Source: a bacterium
Lineage (GTDB): Bacteria; Electryoneota; Electryoneia; Electryoneales; Electryoneaceae
NCBI GenBank assembly: GCA_963669175.1
Contig: OY769902.1
Span: forward strand, 2,464,001 to 2,528,000
Length of the DNA stretch: 64,000 nucleotides
Direction of reading: 5' to 3'
The position numbers and the translations under genes were made by a program. Below the pieces are notes generated by a model. It searched no databases and was not told where the DNA came from. It saw only the letters and a list, made by a program, of their open reading frames with translations. Shown here one piece after another: positions 1 through 9,907 of the stretch; position 1 is the first letter of the stretch; each line of letters starts with the position of its first letter.

Positions 1-957
1 ATTGTTTTAACCGGCCCGGCAGTACGTGGCCTGCGACATCGTTTCCCTGATGCTGAGCTGGTTTATATCACAACCAAACCGTTTGAACCACTGGCGAAGA
101 TGTTACCCGGCGTTGACCGGGTGGAAGCAATAGAACGGCGTGGGCAGGGATTTGAGGAAGGTGTTACAAGGTTAGCCGCCTACGACTGGGATCGTATTGC
201 TGACTTGCAGGGGTCGGACCGTGGGCAGCGTATCCGGGCTGCCTGCAAACCGTTTGAAGCAGTCATTGACAAACCGCCACGTTTTCGTCGCAGTATCCTC
301 ATTGCGACCAAAATTCCCCTGGGAAGATTCTGGCCGGTGCCGATGCGGCAGATTCGGGTGATGTCACCCTGGGGAGTTCAAGATGACACCCTTGGACTGG
401 AACTGAATTCAGACCCGGATGTACAGGCGGCATTGGTTGAGAAGTACCCTTTCCTCGAGCAGAAGCCTTTCGTTATAGCCCCGGGGGCCGCGCACCCAAC
501 CAAACGCTGGCGTAGAAAACACTGGGTTGCTGCTACACGCGCCCTGTTGGAACGTGGTCCGGTAGTCGTTATCGGGGGAGGAGATGCGACTCCTGATGAG
601 CTGAAGGAAGTGGCTGCCGGCGCGAAGAACATGTATCTCCTTGACGGAAGAACCACAATCCCCGAGACCTACGAACTGCTGAGGCTTTCTCGTGGTGTCC
701 TGGCAGTGGATACGGGGCCGATGCATATGGCGGTCGCGGCGGGAACGCCACTGGTTGCGATGTATGGACCCACGGTAAAAGAATTCGGATTCTTCCCGTT
801 CCGGGCGAAACGGACAGTTGTCATTCAAAAGCGCATGTGGTGCCGTCCCTGTACGGCACATGGCGGGAAATCCTGTCCGCTGCTGCATCACAGGTGCATG
901 CGCACGATTGAACCGGCCCATGTTATCGAAGCGATGGACCGTGTGATTGGATCATAG
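1..957 (+). CDS. Glycosyltransferase family 9 (LPS heptosyltransferase-like), 5'-truncated by the window edge
   Basis: The frame is open from base 1 (IVLTGPAVRGLRHRFPDAEL). It has GT9 motifs PGAAHPTKRW and DTGPMHMAVA..P...YGPT, plus a C-terminal CRPC..C..CM motif, and lies next to waaA. Confidence 0.88.
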   Translation: MVLTGPAVRGLRHRFPDAELVYITTKPFEPLAKMLPGVDRVEAIERRGQGFEEGVTRLAAYDWDRIADLQGSDRGQRIRAACKPFEAVIDKPPRFRRSILIATKIPLGRFWPVPMRQIRVMSPWGVQDDTLGLELNSDPDVQAALVEKYPFLEQKPFVIAPGAAHPTKRWRRKHWVAATRALLERGPVVVIGGGDATPDELKEVAAGAKNMYLLDGRTTIPETYELLRLSRGVLAVDTGPMHMAVAAGTPLVAMYGPTVKEFGFFPFRAKRTVVIQKRMWCRPCTAHGGKSCPLLHHRCMRTIEPAHVIEAMDRVIGS

Positions 958-959
958 TC

Positions 960-2240
960 ATGTGGCGTTTTTTATACAATACTGCAGGTGTACATACAGC
1001 AGGGTTTGCACTACGGCTGGCATCTCTGTGGAAACCGAAAATCCGTGAGGGGATTGAAGATCGTCACGGTGAGAAAAAACGGCTCAGCAAAATCCGATCT
1101 CAATGCAGACCGGATAAACACAGGGTGCTGGTTCACTGTTCCTCGGCCGGGGAACTGGAAAGCGCTATTCCGCTGATGCAGGCATTAACAGCGGCGTCCG
1201 ATCCTGATATCATTCTCAGCATCTTTTCGCCCTCTGCCAAGAGTCGAGCCGTCTCTGTAAAAGGAGTTGCCGGTAAGCTTTACCTGCCTTTCGACACGTC
1301 CTTCAGGATGAACAGGATGCTGAACATCCTAGAACCCACCCTGGTGGTTATCGTCAAACATGATGTATGGCCGAATCTGGTCTGGCTCTGTCGCGAACGT
1401 GGTATTAAAACAGCGTTGGTCAATGGCAATTTTCGCCCTGATTCCAGCCGTCTATGCCCGGTGCTGAAAAACGCAAGCCGTGCAGTATTCCGTGATCTGG
1501 ATGCGATTTATGCCGTGGCTGAAGATGACGCCGAACGCTTTCGCAGGGTATCCGGTGAAGGACCAATGATTGAAGTCGCCGGGGATACACGCTTTGACCG
1601 GGTTCAGCAGCGTGCGCTTGAGAGTCGCGATGATCAGGGCAAGCTGGCTGAGATGCTGAAGGGACGCAAGGTGGCGATGGCCGGAAGCTCATGGCCGGAA
1701 GGGGAGCAAAGAATCCTGGAAGCCTGGGCCGGATTACATGCGGATCACCCGGATGCCGTACTGATCCTGGTGCCCCATGAACCCAGACCTGAACGTATCA
1801 GTCAGATCACAACAGATGTGACTGGCAAGGGACTGCAATGCGCTACCCTGACCGAAGCTGAGCAGAGTGTTTCCATTCCGCACGTTTTGATCGTAGACCG
1901 TGTGGGCGTTCTGGCCGGTCTCTACGGCCTTGCTGATATTGCCTATGTGGGCGGTGGATTCGGCGATGGAGTCCATTCAGTGATCGAACCTGCCGTATTC
2001 GGGATTCCCGTTCTGTTCGGACCGAAACACCTGATGAGCCATGAAGCACGTGACCTCCTGGATAAGGGAGCTGCTGTGGTCATTCGCACGGCTGCGGATA
2101 TCGAGCATGTTTTCCGGGATGCGCTTTCAGCAGGGATTGACAGCCGGTTGCGTGGTGAGGCGGCTCGGGCGTATGTGGATGAGAAGGCGGGAGTATCCGG
2201 TCCGCTGGCGGCAAAGCTGACAAAGCTTGCAGGCTTGTGA
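960..2240 (+). CDS. waaA: 3-deoxy-D-manno-octulosonic acid (Kdo) transferase
   Basis: Motifs HCSSAGE, YLPFD, GDTRFD, AGSSW, LVPHEP and AYVGGGF..HSVIEPAVFGIPVLFGP. Confidence 0.9.
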   Translation: MWRFLYNTAGVHTAGFALRLASLWKPKIREGIEDRHGEKKRLSKIRSQCRPDKHRVLVHCSSAGELESAIPLMQALTAASDPDIILSIFSPSAKSRAVSVKGVAGKLYLPFDTSFRMNRMLNILEPTLVVIVKHDVWPNLVWLCRERGIKTALVNGNFRPDSSRLCPVLKNASRAVFRDLDAIYAVAEDDAERFRRVSGEGPMIEVAGDTRFDRVQQRALESRDDQGKLAEMLKGRKVAMAGSSWPEGEQRILEAWAGLHADHPDAVLILVPHEPRPERISQITTDVTGKGLQCATLTEAEQSVSIPHVLIVDRVGVLAGLYGLADIAYVGGGFGDGVHSVIEPAVFGIPVLFGPKHLMSHEARDLLDKGAAVVIRTAADIEHVFRDALSAGIDSRLRGEAARAYVDEKAGVSGPLAAKLTKLAGL

Positions 2241-2241
2241 T

Positions 2242-3699
2242 ATGCTTTCCGCGAGGAAGCTTGGCTATCGTTATCCTGAATCCCGCGACCAGGCGCTCGC
2301 AGGTATTGATCTCGACCTGAAAGCAGGTGACAGGATACTACTCCAGGGAAGAAACGGAAGCGGTAAAACGACACTGCTCCGTATTCTGAGCGGTTTGATT
2401 GATCCCACCGACGGTACGTTATCCTTCCAATACTCCGATGATCAACCGGCAGTGGGATTTGTGCCCCAGAATCCTGAAGCCTGGATGCTGGCCTCAACAG
2501 TGGAAGAAGAGATTGCCTTTGCGCTTGAAAACCAGGGACTGCTCTCTGCCATGATTGCGGAACGTGTGGAGATAGCCCTCGAAGCGGTAGGTATACAACA
2601 TCTGCGGAAGCGGAATCCAGCGCATTTATCCGGCGGAGAGATGCAACGGACGCTGATTGCCTGCCTCCATGCGCTACAGCCCTCGGTCTGGTTGCTGGAT
2701 GAGCCAACCGCCTTTCTTGATCCTTATGCAAAACAGCAGGTTATGGAGCTGTTGACTGGTATTCCCCGTGAGGCGGCAGTCGTAATGGCGGCCTCTTCAT
2801 CGGATCAACTGCCCGGTCAGACCGAGTGCTACGGGATAGTGAACGGTTGCCTGGAGCGCAGTAGTGAGATAGATGTATTTGAGAAATCACCTCTCGAAGA
2901 GGCTCCCCCCGAGTCAATTTCAGGCATAGCCGGTATGAAAGCTTTATATTCCGGGCTGTTTGAAACGCAAGTCCGTATGCAGGCGGAAGTTTCGCATGCT
3001 ACCGCATTACGTAAAGAGTTGTTCGGTGAATCACGCAAAGTTATTGATCAATTGGACCTTACCCTGGAGGGGGGAGAGATCACTGCGCTGCTGGGAAGAA
3101 GTGGCGCCGGGAAGTCTACTCTCCTGGAGACACTTGCAGGGACACTGAAACCGGAGTCCGGAAAGGTTGCCTGGAACGGGAATACGCCAGGTACCATGCG
3201 AGGTAAGCTGGGTTTTGCTTTCCAGTTTCCGGAACGGACATTTTTTTCGGAAACCGTGCTTGAAGAGGTGGCATGGGGGCCAATAAACCTTGGTTTAAGC
3301 AAGCCAGATGCGTATAATCAGGCGCGGAAGGCTCTTCGTGTTGTGGGACTCGATCCCGACGTATTTGAATCACGGAGTCCATTCGCTTTAAGTCGCGGTG
3401 AAGCACGCCGTGTCGCGCTGGCGGCGGTGTGGTCATTGCGTCCCGTTGCATGGCTTGTCGATGAACCGACTTCCGGGCTGGACCCGGAAGGCTGTGTACA
3501 GATAGGTGCGATGCTCAGGGCCGAAGCAGACCGTGGGTGTGTTGTGCTTATTGCGGGTCATGATACAGAACATTTAGCGGTCTGGGCGGACCGTTTACTG
3601 CTGCTGGATAACGGTAGAGTGACGGCAGACGGTACATCGCAATCGTGGTGGGGTGATCAGGGTAATGATCCCTGGCCCAGGCCCGGAACGTGCAAATAG
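2242..3699 (+). CDS. Tandem two-domain ABC ATPase, ECF A-A' (CbiO-like) type
   Basis: Two Walker A motifs (GRNGSGKT, GRSGAGKS). ECF-like Q-loops (QNPE..TVEEEIAF; FQFPE..TVLEEVAWGP), signatures LSGGE and LSRGE, and DEPT twice. ATG at 2242 chosen because it follows the waaA stop. Confidence 0.85.
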   Translation: MLSARKLGYRYPESRDQALAGIDLDLKAGDRILLQGRNGSGKTTLLRILSGLIDPTDGTLSFQYSDDQPAVGFVPQNPEAWMLASTVEEEIAFALENQGLLSAMIAERVEIALEAVGIQHLRKRNPAHLSGGEMQRTLIACLHALQPSVWLLDEPTAFLDPYAKQQVMELLTGIPREAAVVMAASSSDQLPGQTECYGIVNGCLERSSEIDVFEKSPLEEAPPESISGIAGMKALYSGLFETQVRMQAEVSHATALRKELFGESRKVIDQLDLTLEGGEITALLGRSGAGKSTLLETLAGTLKPESGKVAWNGNTPGTMRGKLGFAFQFPERTFFSETVLEEVAWGPINLGLSKPDAYNQARKALRVVGLDPDVFESRSPFALSRGEARRVALAAVWSLRPVAWLVDEPTSGLDPEGCVQIGAMLRAEADRGCVVLIAGHDTEHLAVWADRLLLLDNGRVTADGTSQSWWGDQGNDPWPRPGTCK

Positions 3700-3755
3700 A
3701 CTGGCATTCAGAACGATCCAACCACCCGATGGGTGAGAACATTTGGGGTAGTAGC

Positions 3756-4961
3756 ATGAAAATTCTGGTCTTGAACAGCGGAAGCTCATCGATCAAGTAT
3801 CAGTTGATCGATACCGATGCCGATCCTCAGCTTCGTGCCAAAGGGCTTGTTGAGCGAATCGGGATGCGCGGCGCTATTTTGAACCATAACCGCGCCGATG
3901 GCGACAAGGTGAAGATTGCCGGTGAAATCGTTGATCACCAGGCTGCCATTGAATACATCGTAGCGATTCTGTTGTCCAAGAATCATGGTGTATTAACGGA
4001 TCGTGGTGAAATCGACGCAGTCGGACACCGTGTTGTCCACGGTGGTGAAGCATTCACCGGCAGTGTCAAGGTTACCCCGGAAGTCATGGAAGGGTTGCAG
4101 GAGTGCATTGACTTGGCGCCGCTGCATAACCCCGCCAATATCAAAGGTATCACCGCCTGCCAGCGTCTGCTGAAGGACGTGCCCATGGTGGGTGTGTTTG
4201 ATACGGCTTTCCATCACAAGATTCCGGATTACGCGTATATCTACGGTATTCCTTATCTGCTGTACAAGCGTCATGGCGTTCGCCGTTATGGTTTCCATGG
4301 CACCAGCCACTATTACGTGTCACAGCGTGCGGCTGAAATGACTGGAAAGCCGCTTGAAGAATTGAAGATGATCACCACGCACCTGGGCAACGGTTGCAGC
4401 ATGGCGGCAGTGGATGGTGGTATTTCCGTCGATACGACAATGGGCTTCACGCCGTTGGAAGGTTTGCTGATGGGAACACGTTCCGGTGATATCGATGCCG
4501 GCGCCGTGTTGCACATCATGGGACGAGAAGAGTTGTCGCTGGGCGAGATCAACACCCTGCTGAACAAGCATTCCGGACTCATCGGAATCTCCGGCGCCTC
4601 CAGCGATATGCGTGAGATCGTGGAAGAGATGAAGGGTGGCAATGATCGCGCACGTCTCGCTTTTCAGGTATTCGCGTACCGTGTTCGCAAGTACATCGGT
4701 TCCTATGCGGCAGCGATGGGCGGTCTGAATACAATCGTCTTCACCGGCGGTATTGGCGAGAATTCAACCGATATCCGCAAAGAGACTTTGAAGAACCTGG
4801 AGTTCCTCGGTGTGGAGCTGGATGAGAATGCGAACGAGTCCGGCAAGGGCGAGCGCAAGATCAGCAAGGATTCCTCGCCAGTCGATGTTTTTGTAATCCC
4901 GACCAACGAAGAGTTGGTGATTGCGCTTGAAACAAAGCGCATTGTTGAAGAGGGTGAATAG
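3756..4961 (+). CDS. ackA: Acetate kinase
   Basis: Motifs MKILVLNSGSSSIKY, GHRVVHGG, APLHNP, FDTAFH, RRYGFHGTSH, HLGNG and PTNEE. Confidence 0.97.
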   Translation: MKILVLNSGSSSIKYQLIDTDADPQLRAKGLVERIGMRGAILNHNRADGDKVKIAGEIVDHQAAIEYIVAILLSKNHGVLTDRGEIDAVGHRVVHGGEAFTGSVKVTPEVMEGLQECIDLAPLHNPANIKGITACQRLLKDVPMVGVFDTAFHHKIPDYAYIYGIPYLLYKRHGVRRYGFHGTSHYYVSQRAAEMTGKPLEELKMITTHLGNGCSMAAVDGGISVDTTMGFTPLEGLLMGTRSGDIDAGAVLHIMGREELSLGEINTLLNKHSGLIGISGASSDMREIVEEMKGGNDRARLAFQVFAYRVRKYIGSYAAAMGGLNTIVFTGGIGENSTDIRKETLKNLEFLGVELDENANESGKGERKISKDSSPVDVFVIPTNEELVIALETKRIVEEGE

Positions 4962-5025
4962 CGCTCGCGGATTTAATCCCAGTTATAAGGGGGATTTATT
5001 CGGGGGAGCTAAAAAGGATTGGGCC

Positions 5026-5054
5026 TTGAAGCCCAAGAAATAGGTTTCTATATT
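5026..5054 (+). promoter_or_regulatory. Putative sigma70 promoter for yceD-rpmF-fab
   Basis: TTGAAG(5026-31)-17 bp-TATATT(5049-54), 9 nt before the yceD ATG at 5064. Confidence 0.5.
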
Positions 5055-5063
5055 CTTGTTTCT

Positions 5064-5531
5064 ATGCTGATTCGACTAGCATCTTTACATGATGGTGAAA
5101 ATCCGGTAGCGGAAGAGCTGGATGCCGAGTCCCTGGGGCTTGATCCGGCGATGTATTCTGCGCCGGTCAAAGTCACCGGTCAGATTGACAACCTCGGCTC
5201 CATGCTGAATGTTGATGTACACATTTCAGCGGTAGCGAAGGCTGTATGTGATCGGTGTGCGATAGAGTTTGAACGTCCCTGTGAAACCGAAATGCGTGTT
5301 CACATCCTGTTCCGAAAAGCAGAGGATGAAGAAGAGGCAGAGGCGGAGGGGCTGGTATTTGCCGGAAAAAATCCGGCTGAAGTTGATCTCAGCCAGGAAG
5401 TGCTGGATGCAATCCTCCTTGAATGGCCCATGCTGGTCTATTGCAAGGAAGATTGCAAAGGGCTTTGTTTCCGTTGCGGGGCGGACCTGAACGAAGGTCC
5501 GTGTACCTGCAATACGGAAGAAGTTCACTAA
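5064..5531 (+). CDS. yceD: YceD/DUF177 family protein
   Basis: CDRC and LVYCKEDCKGLCFRCGADLNEGPCTC motifs; canonical position upstream of rpmF. Confidence 0.92.
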   Translation: MLIRLASLHDGENPVAEELDAESLGLDPAMYSAPVKVTGQIDNLGSMLNVDVHISAVAKAVCDRCAIEFERPCETEMRVHILFRKAEDEEEAEAEGLVFAGKNPAEVDLSQEVLDAILLEWPMLVYCKEDCKGLCFRCGADLNEGPCTCNTEEVH

Positions 5532-5596
5532 AGATTGACGAGAACGCATTAACAGAATAACAACCGTCCGCAAGGACGGTCGGAAGGACGGGTAAC

Positions 5597-5779
5597 GTGG
5601 CAGTACCGAAGAAACGCACCAGCTCGACACGGCGTGACAAGCGGCGTAGTCATCACGCTCTTACACCGAGCCAGTTGATTGCATGTGAAAACTGTGGTGC
5701 AATGCGCAAGCCTCATCGTGTATGTCCGGAATGCGGATATTACAAGGGGCGCGAAGTAAACCCAGTCAAGAGCAAGTAG
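5597..5779 (+). CDS. rpmF: 50S ribosomal protein L32 (Zn-ribbon form)
   Basis: MAVPKKRTS..RRDKRRSH, CENCG..PHRVCPECGYYKGR. Confidence 0.98.
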   Translation: MAVPKKRTSSTRRDKRRSHHALTPSQLIACENCGAMRKPHRVCPECGYYKGREVNPVKSK

Positions 5780-5812
5780 TAGCTTGACCCGGCCAGGCCA
5801 GAGGAAAGCGCC

Positions 5813-6835
5813 ATGAGGATAGCGATAGACGCCGCGGGACCGGAACCGGACGCGGGCGTTGTCGTTGATGGCGCTTTGGCGGCACTCCATCGTGCCCAAC
5901 AGCACGGTAGATCGCTGGAAATGGTCCTCTATGGACTGGCCGAACAGCTCCGTGAACGCATCCCGCAGGATGTGACTGATCGAATCACGATTGTTGATGC
6001 TCCGGATATAATCACTCAGGAAGACAAACCGAGCGATATCCTGTTTTCCAAAACTGCCAGCTCCATCATCATGGGGGTGAAGGATATGGCGGCGGAAAAT
6101 GTGGATGCGTTTGTCAGCATGGGACATACCGGGGCTGTCGTCGCTGCCTGCCGTACATATGCAGGCAGGATTCGCTGGATCAGTAAACCCGCCATGGGAA
6201 TTCCATTTCCAAACGAAAACGGGATGGGATTCATGCTGGACGTTGGCGCTTCCATGGATACCAAGGCGAACCACCTGGTTCAATTTGCGGCCATGGGCTC
6301 TACCTTCGTTCAGCGGGTGTACAGGGTTAAAAATCCGCGGGTTGGACTCCTCAATATCGGCACGGAAAGCACCAAGGGCGATGAATTGGCGAAAGATGCC
6401 TATCGCCTGTTTGGCCGTAGCCTGCTGAACTTCGTAGGCAATATTGAGGGTAGTGATATTCCGCTTGGGAAAGCGGATGTGATCGTGACCAGTGGGTTTG
6501 TCGGCAACATCCTGTTGAAGTTTGCTGAGATGTTCCCGACAGTTCTGGTTCGTCGGATCGATGATAAAACGATGCGTCGGGCTCTGCTGGAAAAGATCCG
6601 CGAGTTCGATGCCAGCCGTTATGGTGGCGCGACTCTCCTGGGGGTGAATGGGACAGTCGTAGTGGGGCATGGCCGCAGCGATTCAAAGGCAGTGGCCAAA
6701 GCAATCCAGTGGGCGGGCGTAATGGTTCAGAACAAGCTGACTTCTGCACTAAAGGAATCAGTATTTCGGACCAGGCGCGCACTGTGGCTATCTAATCCAT
6801 TTTCCAAGGGCGATTCAAGTGAAGTTGAAAGCTGA
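5813..6835 (+). CDS. plsX: Phosphate acyltransferase PlsX
   Basis: MRIAIDA, LDVGA, PRVGLLNIGTE..KG, NFVGNIEG, GFVGNILLK and GGATLLGV..GHG; lies between rpmF and fabH. Confidence 0.93.
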   Translation: MRIAIDAAGPEPDAGVVVDGALAALHRAQQHGRSLEMVLYGLAEQLRERIPQDVTDRITIVDAPDIITQEDKPSDILFSKTASSIIMGVKDMAAENVDAFVSMGHTGAVVAACRTYAGRIRWISKPAMGIPFPNENGMGFMLDVGASMDTKANHLVQFAAMGSTFVQRVYRVKNPRVGLLNIGTESTKGDELAKDAYRLFGRSLLNFVGNIEGSDIPLGKADVIVTSGFVGNILLKFAEMFPTVLVRRIDDKTMRRALLEKIREFDASRYGGATLLGVNGTVVVGHGRSDSKAVAKAIQWAGVMVQNKLTSALKESVFRTRRALWLSNPFSKGDSSEVES

Positions 6836-7826
6836 TGGAAGGCCGGCGTCCAGAATCGTCGGTATGGGCAGTTCAGTTCCGGAACAGATACTTACCAATG
6901 CCGACCTTGAAAAGATGGTCGATACGTCCGACGAGTGGATCACTGCTCGAACCGGCATAAAAGAACGACATGTTTCACCTGTTGGTGTGCCAAGTTCGGA
7001 TTACTCTGCCAAGGCCGCGCAACAGGCGCTCGACGAGGCAGGTGTTACTGCTGATAAGCTAGACTTGTTGCTGGTCGGGACGGTTACCGGTGATTCGCTT
7101 TTCCCGGCAAGCGCTGTCAACGTGCAATCAAAGATAGGTGCGAAAAACGCTACCTGTCTTGATCTTAGCGCAGCTTGCAGCGGTTTCCTGTATTCGTTGC
7201 ATTTTGCCGACATGGCTATCCGGACCGGTCAGGCAAAATACGTTCTTGCCATTGGTGTGGAAATTCTAACCTGCATGACAGACTGGTCAGATCGCGCCAC
7301 ATGCGTTCTGTTCGGTGATGGCGCTGGCGCAGCGCTGGTAACTGCTACGGATGAACAATCGGGTGACCGTGGTATACTGTCCAGCTATATTGGTACCAAC
7401 GGCGACCTGATGGAACTGTTGTATTGTCCTGGCGGTGGCTCGATTATTCCACCCAAACAGCGTAACCCGGTGCAGGATTACACAGTAAAAATGGCCGGAA
7501 ACGAAGTATTTAAGCATGCAGTGAAGACCATGCACAGGGCTTCGAATACAGCGCTGGAATTGGCCGGAATGCAATCGTCTGAGCTGGATATGGTTGTGCC
7601 GCATCAGGCTAATATCAGAATTATTGATGGTCTTGCTAAAAAACTGCAAATGCCGAAAGAAAAGGTGTTTGTCAATATCCATAAGTACGGTAACACTTCA
7701 GCGGCATCTATTCCGATTGCCCTGGTGGAAGCACGACAGGAAGGCAAAATCCGCGAAGGGTCAAATGTACTTTGTGTTGCATTTGGCGGCGGGTTCACCT
7801 GGGGATCGGCGATTGTCCGTTTCTGA
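6819..7826 (+). CDS. fabH: Beta-ketoacyl-ACP synthase III
   Basis: DTSDEWI..RTGI, AACSGF (Cys), PHQAN (His) and GNTSAASIP (Asn). Confidence 0.97.
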   Translation: MKLKADGRPASRIVGMGSSVPEQILTNADLEKMVDTSDEWITARTGIKERHVSPVGVPSSDYSAKAAQQALDEAGVTADKLDLLLVGTVTGDSLFPASAVNVQSKIGAKNATCLDLSAACSGFLYSLHFADMAIRTGQAKYVLAIGVEILTCMTDWSDRATCVLFGDGAGAALVTATDEQSGDRGILSSYIGTNGDLMELLYCPGGGSIIPPKQRNPVQDYTVKMAGNEVFKHAVKTMHRASNTALELAGMQSSELDMVVPHQANIRIIDGLAKKLQMPKEKVFVNIHKYGNTSAASIPIALVEARQEGKIREGSNVLCVAFGGGFTWGSAIVRF

Positions 7827-7892
7827 TAACTGCGGCGTTGTTGATTCATTCTGATTGTAACTTTTTTCAGGTTGACCGGTAACGAGGTTGAC

Positions 7893-8816
7893 ATGCATAC
7901 GGCATTTCTTTTTCCCGGACAGGGATCACAATATGTAGGGATGGGCAAGGATCTGTATGATGCGGACCCGATGGCGAAAGCATTGTACGACCTGGCCGAT
8001 TCCAAACTTCCGTTCGATTTCAAGGCGATTTGCTTCGAAGGCCCGGAAGAGGAGCTGAAGCAGACTCGTGTCACTCAGCCTGCGTTGTTCGTGCATTCTG
8101 TGGTTATCGCGCAGTTGCTTCAACGCAAGGGAATTCGTGGCGACACCTTTGCCGGTCACAGCCTGGGGGAATATTCGGCCCTGGCCGCTGCCGGCGTTCT
8201 GGACTTCACAACCGGGTTGGATTTAGTTGCGCTGCGTGGGCAACTGATGCAGAATGCTGGCGATGATCGTCCCGGGACCATGGCCGCGATTCTCGGCATG
8301 AGCCTGGAACAGGTTGAGAATGTCTGCCTGTTTTCTTCCATTGACGATGATGTTGTGGTGCCTGCCAATATGAACGCCCCGGAACAGATTGTAGTCTCCG
8401 GCGATGTGATTGCTGTTGAACGTGCGATGGAAATGGCGAAAGAGCAGGGCGCGAAGCGAGTGATTCAGCTTGTCGTTTCTGGCGCTTTCCATTCACCGTT
8501 GATGGAACCAGCCGCGCGTAAACTGGGTGAAAAGCTGCAACAAAGCAATATCAAACCGGCAAACATGCCCGTCTATTTGAATGTTACCGGGGACGCGGAA
8601 ACGCAACCGGAAGAAATCAGGAAACGTCTTGTGCAGCAATTGACTAATCCTGTACAATGGGAAAAAATTATGCGGAACATGTTCTCGAAACAGGTTACGC
8701 GCATTGTTGAGATTGGCGCCGGGAAAGTGCTCCAGGGATTGGCCAAACGTGTGGAGCGCCGGATAGAAGCGCATGGCGTGGACACGTGGGAGCAGTTGGA
8801 GTCTTTTTCACTGTAG
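7893..8816 (+). CDS. fabD: Malonyl-CoA:ACP transacylase
   Basis: FLFPGQGSQ, GHSLGEY and VSGAFHSPLM. Confidence 0.97.
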   Translation: MHTAFLFPGQGSQYVGMGKDLYDADPMAKALYDLADSKLPFDFKAICFEGPEEELKQTRVTQPALFVHSVVIAQLLQRKGIRGDTFAGHSLGEYSALAAAGVLDFTTGLDLVALRGQLMQNAGDDRPGTMAAILGMSLEQVENVCLFSSIDDDVVVPANMNAPEQIVVSGDVIAVERAMEMAKEQGAKRVIQLVVSGAFHSPLMEPAARKLGEKLQQSNIKPANMPVYLNVTGDAETQPEEIRKRLVQQLTNPVQWEKIMRNMFSKQVTRIVEIGAGKVLQGLAKRVERRIEAHGVDTWEQLESFSL

Positions 8817-8837
8817 ACAGATGGGGAGAGGTTGGAA

Positions 8838-9581
8838 ATGGGACAACTGGACGGTAAAATTGTCTGGATAACCGGGAGTGCCCGGGGTATCGGCAAGTCG
8901 ATTGCCGAGGTGCTGGGAAGCGAAGGCGCAAAGCTCGTCATTCAGGATATTGACGAAGCCAGCACCTTGCAAACCGCACAGGAACTTGCAGCGAAGGGGA
9001 TGGACACCTTTGCCCAGGTATGTGATGTTTCCGATTCAGAAGCGGTAGAAAATACGGTTCAGGCTATTGTGGACCACTATGGTCGTATCGATATTCTGGT
9101 CAATAATGCGGGGATAACCCGTGATGGTCTTCTGATTCGCATGAAGGACAAGGATTGGGAAGATATTCTTCGTGTGAACCTGACGGGCGCGTTTATCTGC
9201 ACCCGGGGCGTTGCCAAGCGAATGATGAAACAGCGCAGCGGCGCAATTGTAAACATGTCCAGTGTGGTTGGGGTAATGGGCAATTCTGGACAGGCAAACT
9301 ACGCGGCATCCAAAGCAGGTTTGATTGGTTTGACGAAATCCACAGCCAAGGAACTGGCTTCCCGTGGGATTACCGTCAACGCTATAGCACCGGGTTACAT
9401 TGAAACAGAGATGACCAAAGTGTTGCCGGAAGCAGCGCGTGAGATGTTCCTGACGAACACACCGCTGGGCCGTCCGGGTACACCGGATGATGTTGCACGA
9501 GCAGTACAGTTTCTTGTGTCGGATCAAGCCGCATTCATCACGGGGCAGGTGCTCCATGTGGATGGCGGCATGGTGATGTAG
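8838..9581 (+). CDS. fabG: 3-oxoacyl-ACP reductase
   Basis: TGSARGIG, NNAGITRD and YAASKAG; fab operon context. Confidence 0.96.
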   Translation: MGQLDGKIVWITGSARGIGKSIAEVLGSEGAKLVIQDIDEASTLQTAQELAAKGMDTFAQVCDVSDSEAVENTVQAIVDHYGRIDILVNNAGITRDGLLIRMKDKDWEDILRVNLTGAFICTRGVAKRMMKQRSGAIVNMSSVVGVMGNSGQANYAASKAGLIGLTKSTAKELASRGITVNAIAPGYIETEMTKVLPEAAREMFLTNTPLGRPGTPDDVARAVQFLVSDQAAFITGQVLHVDGGMVM

Positions 9582-9638
9582 AGAAACGTTACAGATACAA
9601 CAGTTAAAAGACAAACCAAGGATCGGAGGAAAACTCCC

Positions 9639-9884
9639 ATGGCGTCTGAAGAGCAAGTGCAGAAAGTAAAAGAAATCATCGTCGAGCAGCTCGGCGTTGA
9701 CATGAACGAAGTAACCCTGGAAGCTTCATTTATTGATGATCTCGGCGCAGACTCGCTGGATACAGTAGAGTTGGTGATGGCGTTTGAAGATGCGTTTGGT
9801 GTGGAAATTCCGGATGAGGATGCTGATCAGCTCGCGACTGTTGGCGCAGCGATTGACTATCTTGAAAAGAAACTGAACGGGTGA
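9639..9884 (+). CDS. acpP: Acyl carrier protein
   Basis: [17 protein letters not shown] phosphopantetheine motif; strong RBS GGAGGA. Confidence 0.98.
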   Translation: MASEEQVQKVKEIIVEQLGVDMNEVTLEASFIDDLGADSLDTVELVMAFEDAFGVEIPDEDADQLATVGAAIDYLEKKLNG

Positions 9885-9907
9885 CATCCCGTCAGTACGG
9901 GAGGTTT

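Noticed and set aside
5549-6670. 373 aa minus-strand ORF
   Set aside because: Antisense to rpmF and plsX; shadow ORF.
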